A stretch of 12,945 bases of DNA from Halalkalibacterium halodurans (GTDB lineage: Bacteria; Bacillota; Bacilli; Bacillales; Bacillaceae_D). Each line of letters begins with the position of its first letter. The stretch's first letter is position 1. The notes beneath the pieces are model-generated. The model had not been told where the DNA came from and made no database searches. It was given only the letters and a program-made list of their open reading frames with translations. Positions 6,687 to 12,945 of this stretch are shown in pieces. Position numbers and translations under genes: made by a program. The DNA is taken from positions 1 through 12,945 of the forward strand of contig NZ_SNUY01000085.1 in NCBI RefSeq assembly GCF_004376175.1, read 5' to 3'.

Positions 6687-8147
6687 AAATTAGATTTTTG
6701 GGATAAAAGTATAAAAAATAAAGCACTCGACAAATAGCTACCAGCATGTTATTTTACAAAATATTACAATAATCTTGTTTTCGGGCATACCTACAGAATT
6801 TTTCACATTGAATTTTTTTAAGCGGCTTTCTTCCCTTTATTTTCCTTTGCCATCGCTAGCGCTGAAACAAGTAATACAATAGCGTTCAGGTAAATATGGG
6901 TCTTTACTTTTTCAATTCCCCATACATGTAGGGAGTTCGCCGTAAGGTAGCTTTTCATTCTTGAATTACAGCGTTCTACACTTGTCCTCTCGTTGTAAAG
7001 CTCTTTCCAACGTTTTGTATCACGGTGCGGATTGGAATATCGGCGCACATCCTTTTTGATGTCGACTTTTACCACCATTCCATAGTTGGAAGATGAACAG
7101 GCTGCCATTCCTAATGGGCAATCCACTTTGCCGGTTGCGTGAGGACATCTGAACTTGAGCTGGTCCTTATCAGCTCCCCAATAAGTCATTTCATAACCCA
7201 TGGAACAACGCGGAGTTCCATTGGAAGAAATCCCTTCAGGAGGCTCTTTTTCGTTGCGCAAATTGAGCGGGATAATGGCTTGCGCTCCAATGTTTTTGGC
7301 TGATTCATAGTTTTTTAGTTGGTCATATCCGCCATCCATGATCAGAAATTCAATTTTGGATTTGGTACGCTCTGCCACTTGCTCTATTAATTCTGGTGCG
7401 ACTTCTCCATCGTTCACATGGGCAGGGGTTACTTTTATGGCCATTGGCAGTTCGCTTGCGGTATCGACTGAAAGATGCATCTTATAGCCAAACCAGGTAA
7501 TTTTATTGCCGAAGGAATCATATTTTGCGCCCCAATTGGCATTACCCGTTTGTTCACTACGCTTTTTGGGCTGTTTCTTTTCATAGGCATCAATGGCGGC
7601 ACTGTCGATGGCCTGGTGGCTGCCGTCAATTATTCCTTCCTCCTGAGCTAACTGTACCAAGTCAAGGAAGATCTTTTCAGCCAGCTTTTTTTTGGTAAGT
7701 GCCGCAAAAACCCGGCTGAGAGTGGAGATAGACGGTGCGGGGCGATCAATCGATAAACCGCATTGATAACGGAAACGAAGGTCTTTATCCAATCGATGAT
7801 GAAGGGCGGTAAAGGTGTCGATGCCTTCGAGTGGGGCAGCGATGAGAGCCCTTAGAATCCCTTCTCTGGAATGACCGTCAGCCCCTCGGGGTGAAGAACT
7901 TCTCAACTGTTTAGCATAAGGGCGTAAATCAAGCGAGCTAAAAAAGATAGGTAATTTCTCTTTTGACTCTAATTTTTGCAGTTCTTCAAAGGAAAATAGG
8001 CTTTCTTGTAGAATATACAAAGTGACTTCCTCCTTTTGAATTTTTGTGGTTTCGTCACTTCAAAAATTCTACATTTTAGGGGTGAAGTCCTTTTTTATGT
8101 CTTTGAAATCCTTATGGCTCTTGGGTCAAAAAATATGCAAAATGCTC
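6675..8147 (-). mobile_element. Insertion sequence, IS4/IS5 superfamily (DDE transposase), 1473 bp
   Basis: A single transposase ORF bounded by perfect 12-bp terminal inverted repeats GAGCATTTTGCA / TGCAAAATGCTC. The element is flanked by AATT on both sides, and the flanking host sequence rejoins into one ORF. Confidence 0.75.
6818..8020 (-). CDS. IS4/IS5-superfamily DDE transposase
   Basis: 400 aa. The N-terminal region (GILRALIAAPLEGIDTFTALHHRLDKDLRFRYQCGL) resembles the InsH-type N-terminal domain. Candidate DDE residues lie in GYKMHLSVDTAS, FLIMDGGYD and the C-terminal Y-x2-R-x3-E-x6-K signature (YNERTSVERCNSRMK). TTG start at 8020 has AAAGGAGG 8 nt upstream. Confidence 0.85.
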   Translation of the reverse strand: MYILQESLFSFEELQKLESKEKLPIFFSSLDLRPYAKQLRSSSPRGADGHSREGILRALIAAPLEGIDTFTALHHRLDKDLRFRYQCGLSIDRPAPSISTLSRVFAALTKKKLAEKIFLDLVQLAQEEGIIDGSHQAIDSAAIDAYEKKQPKKRSEQTGNANWGAKYDSFGNKITWFGYKMHLSVDTASELPMAIKVTPAHVNDGEVAPELIEQVAERTKSKIEFLIMDGGYDQLKNYESAKNIGAQAIIPLNLRNEKEPPEGISSNGTPRCSMGYEMTYWGADKDQLKFRCPHATGKVDCPLGMAACSSSNYGMVVKVDIKKDVRRYSNPHRDTKRWKELYNERTSVERCNSRMKSYLTANSLHVWGIEKVKTHIYLNAIVLLVSALAMAKENKGKKAA

Positions 8148-8501
8148 AATTATAAAAGTTACTTCATCATTTACATATAACAGCCCTAGGAATCCGTGAT
8201 TCTCATAGTCACGTTTTAAGACATCGTCAGCCTGGATGCTTCCAACAGGTGCTTCAACAGGATGGGAATCATAGGTGGATGAGATTGGTGAATATATGGT
8301 GACCCTCTCGATGTCAGTAGCAGGTCCGATGTATTGAAAGGCAGTGGTAGCTTTTTCCGATTCCGTATCTTCCGCTTCTATGATAAGCTCGCCACGCCAA
8401 TTTTCACTTTCGCTATAAAACGTCAGCGGCTTTTCCTCATGGTGGTGACACCCTATGACTATCAATAGAAAAAAGATCCAAACTGTATACTTCCCTTTCA
8501 T
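8112..8501 (-). CDS. Small putative lipoprotein of unknown function, with its 3' end replaced by IS-derived codons
   Basis: 129 aa. Signal peptide plus lipobox (MKGKYTVWIFFLLIVIGC). The last 11 codons and the stop (8112-8147) lie inside the IS end. ATG 8499-8501 overlaps the upstream stop (ATGA). SD GGGAGAGGGG lies upstream. Confidence 0.7.
   Translation of the reverse strand: MKGKYTVWIFFLLIVIGCHHHEEKPLTFYSESENWRGELIIEAEDTESEKATTAFQYIGPATDIERVTIYSPISSTYDSHPVEAPVGSIQADDVLKRDYENHGFLGLLYVNDEVTFIIEHFAYFLTQEP
8136..8151. repeat. 12-bp terminal inverted repeat TGCAAAATGCTC (8136-8147) plus AATT flanking copy (8148-8151)
   Basis: Reverse complement of 6671-6686, a perfect 16/16 match. Confidence 0.75.
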
Positions 8502-9175
8502 GAATGAAGCCCCTCTCCCTTAGACATTTTGTTTCGAATGCACGCGATTTCTTCGAGTACACTTTGCGTCGATGTCACTTTAAAGTCGTTCGGGATCGAC
8601 GTTCCCGTTGGCTCCCTGTAGGAATAAGCCTTTCGCTCATCGTCAAAAACGAAGCCAAGCGTCTCTAATCGATGCTTGAACGATTCTGGCCACAACTGAT
8701 CATCCCTTCGGTGTTTGAAGTACTCCGTTGGATAAATCCACACTTCTTCATCACTCGCACTTGTATGCAAAATAAACAAATCTTGTTCTCCTTTGACGAG
8801 CCATTGACCTTTTGAATAAAGGGCTAAACCCTTTCCCTCTAAGCTAGAAATTCCGTATAAATTGATTCCGAAAATGTCATTAATGAGCTCGCGAATACGT
8901 TCAGGTGATCTTTCCCCCGTACTGTTCAAGTATTCTATTAAAAACTCAACCTTTGACAATATGTGGACAGCCTCTCTTGAGTAACGAGAATTAGCCATTA
9001 ACAAATCAGTCACAAGCGTTTCCCGATACCGAGCTTGTTTTCCAACGTTTTTATCCGAGACTACCTGCAAATCTATTCCATAAATTTCGATCACAAGCTT
9101 TCGCACTTGCTCGCCGATGTTTTTGGGCGAGAGCTCGGCCAAGCGTTGATCTAACCGTTCAACCCTACTTGCCAA
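8498..9175 (-). CDS. Hypothetical cytoplasmic protein with an internal duplicated motif
   Basis: 225-aa ORF. TTG start at 9175 has GAAGGAGGTG upstream. No TM segments are seen. The motif SP..(V/I)R(K/E)L(V/I).(E/D)I(Y/F)GI(D/N)L occurs twice: SPKNIGEQVRKLVIEIYGIDL and SPERIRELINDIFGINL. I recognise no family. Confidence 0.65.
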   Translation of the reverse strand: MASRVERLDQRLAELSPKNIGEQVRKLVIEIYGIDLQVVSDKNVGKQARYRETLVTDLLMANSRYSREAVHILSKVEFLIEYLNSTGERSPERIRELINDIFGINLYGISSLEGKGLALYSKGQWLVKGEQDLFILHTSASDEEVWIYPTEYFKHRRDDQLWPESFKHRLETLGFVFDDERKAYSYREPTGTSIPNDFKVTSTQSVLEEIACIRNKMSKGEGLHS

Positions 9176-9254
9176 CGCACGACACCTCCTTCATTAGAAA
9201 CTTTTCCACGTTCTCATAAAAAATCCCTTCTCAGCAAATGATTGAAAAAAATCC

Positions 9255-9283
9255 TTTACACTGGTTTCATGCCATGCTAATAT
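9255..9283 (+). promoter_or_regulatory. SigA-type promoter of the T-box leader
   Basis: TTTACA (9255-9260), a 17-nt spacer, then TAATAT (9278-9283), with TGC immediately upstream of the -10 (extended -10). It lies about 15-20 nt before the first conserved T-box Stem I element. Confidence 0.6.
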
Positions 9284-9300
9284 GCTCCTCAAACCTAACA

Positions 9301-9597
9301 CGCGATGAAGAGAAGAGTACATACATCCCTTTCCTGACAGAAAGCCTGTAGTTGCTGAGAACGGGTAGGAGAGCTGTATGGAAGCAAGACTCTGAGCGGC
9401 ACATCGGAACAACCCTACGCCGGCCGGCAAGCATTTAATCCAAAGGTTGGGATGGTGTGACAGGAGCTCCTGTTATCTAGCAATGTATAGGCGCACTATA
9501 CACATGAGGTTCATATCGTGATATATGGACGAACTGGGGTGGCACCACGACAAGTGATCGTCCCCAAGACTTTTATCAGTCTTGGGGACGTTTTTTT
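9301..9597 (+). promoter_or_regulatory. T-box riboswitch leader (tRNA-sensing transcription attenuator)
   Basis: Stem I base/K-turn GCGATGAAGAGAAGAGTA (9302-9319) with 3' partner CTCTGAGCG (9390-9398). AG-bulge and distal loop: CAGAAAG-CCTGT-AGTTGCTGAGA-ACGGG (9338-9365). Upper stem CATACA/TGTATG. The 3' side of the specifier loop is GAAGCAAGA (9381-9389). Stem III is CATAT..ATATG (9512-9527). The T-box sequence AACTGGGGTGGCACCACG (9532-9549) has GGGG able to pair with CCCC (9562-9565) of the terminator's 5' arm. Confidence 0.88.
9559..9597 (+). terminator. Intrinsic terminator of the T-box attenuator
   Basis: 12-bp perfect stem CGTCCCCAAGAC / GTCTTGGGGACG with an 8-nt loop, followed by TTTTTTT (9591-9597). 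It ends 28 nt upstream of the MFS start codon. Confidence 0.88.
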
Positions 9598-9625
9598 GTT
9601 CATAACGCGGTAAGGAGGAAAAAGG

Positions 9626-10870
9626 ATGATGCGTTTTTCTTTGGATAATTGGAAATATCCAATGATTTTACTGTTTAGTATCGGCATTTCATCTATAGGT
9701 GTGTGGGTGTACTTCATTGCCCTGAATTTGATCGTCTTCCAAATGACAGGCTCTGCCCTTGCAGTGGCTGCCTTATATCTCATCAGACCGCTCGCGACAA
9801 TCGTTACGAACTGGTGGTGTGGGAGCGTAATCGACCGAATGAATAAGAAGCGACTTATGATCGGCCTAGACGTAATCCAAGGTGCGCTTATCACCCTTCT
9901 TGCGATCGCTTCTTCGTCATTGTGGCTGATCTATGTACTTGTCTTTTTCATTCATATGGCCGCGTCGGTTTATCATCCTACGTCGATGAGTTACATTACT
10001 CGGTTAATCCCAGCCCACCAACGGCAACGGTTTAACTCGCTTAGGAGTTTACTTGATTCAGGGGCATTTTTTATCGGCCCTGCCATTACAGGCGTTTTGT
10101 TTCTTATCGGAACACCCGTCTATGCGATTATTATTAATGCTGGTGCTCTTTTCTTTTCTGCCGTTGTTACATGCTTCATGCCGAATGTGGAAAAGGAGCA
10201 AAAGCAGAAAAAGGTGAAGAAAATGTCGCTCCATCTATTAAAAGACGATTGGCGTTTCGTCATGAGCTTCAGCCGAATGCATGTTTACGTGATATCCGTG
10301 TACGTTCTCTTCAGCGGCTTTATTGTCATGCAAACAGCGATTGACTCCCTAGAGGTTGCTTTTTCAAAGGAAGTTCTTCTCTTAACTGATAGTGAGTATG
10401 GATTCCTCGTTAGTCTCGCCGAGGCTGGAATCTTAGTCGGCTCATTTTTGAACGTGGCTTTTGCGAAAAAATGGGGCATCTCCTATTTAATTGGTATTGG
10501 CTCTGTGTTTGTGGCCGTGGGCTATCTTATTTTTGCATTTTCGTCTAGCTTTGTCATCGCATCCGTTGGTGTATTCGTTCTAGCCCTTGCAAATGCTTTT
10601 GCCAACACCGGCTTTATGACCTTCTACCAAAACAACATCCCGGTGGAGGTCATGGGGCGGATCGCTAGCCTATATGGCCTTGTGGAAGCAGCCCTTATCA
10701 TCGCAATGACGACGACCTTCGCTGTGTCGGCTCAGTTCTTTTCAGTTAAGCTCGTCGTTGCATCTGGAGCCATCCTAACCCTTTTCCTGACTTTGGTCCT
10801 CTGCGCGATCAATTTGTTTCCTGGAAAACAGGCTTATTATGTTGGGGCTCCTATTGAAGAAAAAGGATAG
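9626..10870 (+). CDS. MFS transporter (12-TM, MFS_3/YkuC-like, of the kind usually annotated as macrolide or siderophore efflux)
   Basis: 414 aa, hydrophobic throughout. A central basic loop (EKEQKQKKVKK) splits two 6-TM halves. The motif GSVIDRMNKKRL after TM2 resembles MFS motif A. AAGGAGG lies 8 nt upstream of ATG 9626. A ykuC-like MFS gene neighbours ykuD in B. subtilis as I remember it, so orthology is only suggested. Confidence 0.8.
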   Translation: MMRFSLDNWKYPMILLFSIGISSIGVWVYFIALNLIVFQMTGSALAVAALYLIRPLATIVTNWWCGSVIDRMNKKRLMIGLDVIQGALITLLAIASSSLWLIYVLVFFIHMAASVYHPTSMSYITRLIPAHQRQRFNSLRSLLDSGAFFIGPAITGVLFLIGTPVYAIIINAGALFFSAVVTCFMPNVEKEQKQKKVKKMSLHLLKDDWRFVMSFSRMHVYVISVYVLFSGFIVMQTAIDSLEVAFSKEVLLLTDSEYGFLVSLAEAGILVGSFLNVAFAKKWGISYLIGIGSVFVAVGYLIFAFSSSFVIASVGVFVLALANAFANTGFMTFYQNNIPVEVMGRIASLYGLVEAALIIAMTTTFAVSAQFFSVKLVVASGAILTLFLTLVLCAINLFPGKQAYYVGAPIEEKG

Positions 10871-10871
10871 G

Positions 10872-10900
10872 AAAAAGGCAGATCTATTTCTGCCTTTCTC
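10872..10900. terminator. Bidirectional hairpin terminator between the convergent MFS and mutarotase genes
   Basis: AAAAAGGCAGA / TCTGCCTTTCT with a 6-nt loop. A-rich on the left and T-rich on the right, so it has a U-tract in both orientations. Confidence 0.65.
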
Positions 10901-10907
10901 CTCTGTT

Positions 10908-11234
10908 TTACGGTAAATAAAACACTTCTCGTAACGGCTTAATCGGGTTAGACTCCTTAAAATCAAACGAACCTTCGACCATCTTTGACGTGAGGTCATT
11001 CCATTTTTGACACACTTCGCTTTCGGCGATGTAAGCAAAAGCTGCGTCTACATCATCACATTCAAAACAGTAGAAAAATTGATTGCCATTTTGAAAGATG
11101 GAGTAGTTACGAATTCCTGCTTTTGTATGTTCTGCTAACACCTCTGGCCACGGATCTACGTGCATCGCCACGTATTCTTCCAAGCACGATTCTTTAATCG
11201 TCCACATCCATGCAAACTTATTGCTCTGCTTCAA
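10908..11234 (-). CDS. L-rhamnose mutarotase family protein (RhaM/YiiL-like)
   Basis: KFAWMWTIKESCLEEYVAMHVDPWPEVL...NYSIFQNGNQFF...CQKWNDLTSKMV...PLREVFYLP parallels my memory of E. coli YiiL, including the C-terminal EVFYLP. The start is uncertain. The tracked ORF begins at TTG 11270 with no SD. TTG 11234 gives 108 aa (the family is about 104 aa) and has AAAGGATGAG upstream. Confidence 0.75.
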   Translation of the reverse strand: MKQSNKFAWMWTIKESCLEEYVAMHVDPWPEVLAEHTKAGIRNYSIFQNGNQFFYCFECDDVDAAFAYIAESEVCQKWNDLTSKMVEGSFDFKESNPIKPLREVFYLP

Positions 11235-11388
11235 CTGACACTCATCCTTTCTGTTTTTTTTATGCGTCAAGCCTAATCATATAATTGGTCCTGAATTATT
11301 CATAAAAAACCTTTAATGCCCAAATAATGCTTATCTATCAAGGTATTGAGCTAAATGGTCCATGCATGTATGAGTAAAATGTTTGTGG

Positions 11389-11446
11389 GAGAAGAAAAAA
11401 CCTCCTCATCCAAGTAATGGAAATTTACGTTACTTGGATGAGGAGG
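11389..11446 (-). terminator. Strong rho-independent terminator (minus-strand orientation) with no gene left to terminate in this window
   Basis: 17-bp perfect stem CCTCCTCATCCAAGTAA (11401-11417) / TTACTTGGATGAGGAGG (11430-11446). On the minus strand it is followed by TTTTTTCTTCTC. It abuts the putative left end of the ISLre2-family element. Confidence 0.7.
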
Positions 11447-11451
11447 CCACC

Positions 11452-12941
11452 AAGCGAAAGCGCGGTAGGGTTTAAGCAAAATGCATGAAAAAAGGGTCTC
11501 TCCTTGGTAGAATCATAGTCGACAAAAACCCGATTCAAAGGAGAAACCCTATGCAAAAGAATAACACAGAATACCCAACTTTAAAAGAACTTGAACAGCT
11601 AGTTTGGAGGAAGTTACAGGAAACCTTCTCAAGTGTGATGACCTGCATACTAGAGGAATATGACGAAGAAATTATGCAACAACGTGATAAGCAACGCTTC
11701 CATTATAAAGATAAACGGCCTCTAAAAATAGACAGTTTATTTGGTGAGATTGAGCTGAAGCGTTCCTACTATCGAGATCGTGAAACAGGGAAATATGTTT
11801 ATCTCCTTGACCAGTACCTGCAATTTGAGGGGATAAAAGGTTTTAGCCCTTTGGTAGAAGAAGCCGCGATTGAGCTCGCTGTGACAAGTCCTTCCTACCG
11901 AAAGGCATCGAACACGCTTGAGACTCTTCTTGGTTATCGTGTCATTAGTCATGAAGCCATTCGCCAACATCTGTTAGAAGTAGAAGCGACGCAGAAAGAC
12001 CGTCAGCCTATCACACATCCAGTATTGTTTATCGAGGTGGATGGACTGTATCTAAAGCGACAAGAGAAACGAATCAAAGGGAAAGAAGAGAAAATCGCAG
12101 CGGTTCATCAAGGCTGGGAGGTCAACGGAAAAAGGGTGAGTTTAAAGGAGAAGCGACATTATGTTCATCGGGGGAAAGAACCGTTTTGGGAGGGGCTTGA
12201 GACTTTTCTCATGGAGGCGTTTGACTATGATCCAGCGGTGCATCGACTTGTCATTAACGGGGATGGAGCGACTTGGATTACCGCTTGTCGAGACTATTTT
12301 CAAGGACGAGCCTTCTTCACGATTGATCGTTTCCATGTGGCACGTGATATCAGGAGACTGTTTCGAGATCACAGGCGTTATCGAGCCATGCAGAAAGCCC
12401 TCGCAAAGTATGATGGAGAAACACTTATAACAGAGCTCAACAGTGCAGTGGGAACGCTTGAGACAGAAGCGAAAGAAGAGCGTTTAGAGGCGTTGATTCA
12501 TCAGCTTGAACAGTACCCCGAAGCATTGGGAGATTACAGACAATGGCTGAAAGATCAGGGGATTGATCCGACAGGGTTCCGCCCAATGGGAAGTGCTGAG
12601 GGAACCATGAGTGTTTTTGCGAAACGTTTGAAGAATGGACGAAGTTGGGTTGAAAAAGGCGCTAGTGCCATGATGACAGCGATGGTTGCGTTAATGGATA
12701 AACTCCCTCTCAAAACACTAATGGGACGTGTTGAAGAATGGACAGAGCCAAAGGAAGAACGTCCTCCCAAGTACTTTCTGGAGAAGGTCGAGAGTACAAT
12801 TGGTGAAGCGACACGAAATAACATCATGTATCTCAAACAAAGAGCGAATATTCCAGTTTACCGAGCACTGAAAGACTTGAAAGGCTTTTAAAAGCCCTAA
12901 GATTCTTAACAGAGGAGAACCCTAACATTCTGAATTCGCTT
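11452..12941 (+). mobile_element. ISLre2-family insertion sequence (boundaries tentative; the right end is at the window edge)
   Basis: It contains the UPF0236/ISLre2 transposase gene. The only terminal symmetry I can find is AAGCGAA (11452-11458) versus TTCGCTT (12935-12941), plus subterminal TAGGGTT (11465-11471) versus AACCCTA (12918-12924) at unequal spacing. Only 4 nt of right flank are visible, so a target duplication cannot be assessed. Confidence 0.4.
11551..12891 (+). CDS. ISLre2-family (UPF0236) transposase
   Basis: LKELEQLVWRKLQETF...ILEEYDEEIMQQRDKQRFHYKDKRPLKIDSLFGEIELKRSYYRDRETGKYVYLLDQYL matches the conserved N-terminal pattern of UPF0236/ISLre2 transposases as I remember them. 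The start is set at ATG 11551 (AAAGGAGAAACCCT upstream) rather than the tracked 11485. Confidence 0.85.
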   Translation: MQKNNTEYPTLKELEQLVWRKLQETFSSVMTCILEEYDEEIMQQRDKQRFHYKDKRPLKIDSLFGEIELKRSYYRDRETGKYVYLLDQYLQFEGIKGFSPLVEEAAIELAVTSPSYRKASNTLETLLGYRVISHEAIRQHLLEVEATQKDRQPITHPVLFIEVDGLYLKRQEKRIKGKEEKIAAVHQGWEVNGKRVSLKEKRHYVHRGKEPFWEGLETFLMEAFDYDPAVHRLVINGDGATWITACRDYFQGRAFFTIDRFHVARDIRRLFRDHRRYRAMQKALAKYDGETLITELNSAVGTLETEAKEERLEALIHQLEQYPEALGDYRQWLKDQGIDPTGFRPMGSAEGTMSVFAKRLKNGRSWVEKGASAMMTAMVALMDKLPLKTLMGRVEEWTEPKEERPPKYFLEKVESTIGEATRNNIMYLKQRANIPVYRALKDLKGF

Positions 12942-12945
12942 ACAC

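Noticed and set aside
9194-9894. Tracked ORFs 9194..9430(-) and 9511..9894(-)
   Set aside because: They lie antisense to the T-box leader and the 5' end of the MFS gene. The structured RNA elements explain this region fully.
10285-12836. Tracked ORFs 10285..10479(-), 10775..11038(-), 11737..11970(-), 12142..12372(-), 12161..12430(+) and 12555..12836(-); also the 11485..11550 extension of the ISLre2 transposase ORF
   Set aside because: These are shadow ORFs inside the MFS, mutarotase or transposase genes. The 22-codon transposase extension lacks an SD, whereas ATG 11551 has a good one.
6675-12941. Possibility that the two IS elements form a composite transposon carrying the lipoprotein operon, the T-box-MFS unit and the mutarotase gene
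   Set aside because: The two elements belong to unrelated families (IS4/IS5-type DDE versus ISLre2/UPF0236) and have different ends, so they cannot act as a matched pair. The left IS insertion is fully explained as a simple insertion with its own flanking AATT.
1-12945. Search by eye for CRISPR arrays, tRNA/rRNA genes, tandem repeats and prophage or defence gene signatures
   Set aside because: I saw no regularly spaced direct repeats, no tRNA-like cloverleaf segments or rRNA-like stretches, and no ORF with nuclease, helicase, ATPase or toxin motifs beyond those already listed. A covariance-model or HMM scan would still be needed to exclude small RNAs.

Overview
This looks like a Bacillaceae chromosomal segment: Shine-Dalgarno sites of the GGAGG type, frequent TTG/GTG starts, and sporulation and cell-wall genes. 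It is interrupted by two unrelated insertion sequences.

Left to right:
- a SpoVB/YkvU-type MOP flippase (-)
- a class I SAM methyltransferase (+)
- a NUDIX hydrolase and a single fused ABC exporter half-transporter, probably co-transcribed (-)
- a YkuD-type LysM L,D-transpeptidase (-)
- a CwlC-type amidase whose SPOR domain is cut off by one in-frame TAA (+)
- a 1473-bp IS4/IS5-superfamily IS inserted into the 3' end of a small lipoprotein gene (-)
- an uncharacterised 225-aa protein translationally coupled to that lipoprotein (-)
- a complete T-box leader driving an MFS transporter (+)
- a stand-alone rhamnose-mutarotase-family gene (-)
- an ISLre2-family (UPF0236) IS running to the window edge (+)

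I saw no rRNA, tRNA or CRISPR array. I recognise no defence, toxin or biosynthetic system.

The points most worth follow-up:
- the T-box/MFS pairing, whose specifier is unresolved
- the orphan ABC subunit with a degenerate ATP site
- the nonsense-split cwlC
- the IS insertion, whose pre-insertion state can be reconstructed
- the unknown 225-aa protein and lipoprotein operon
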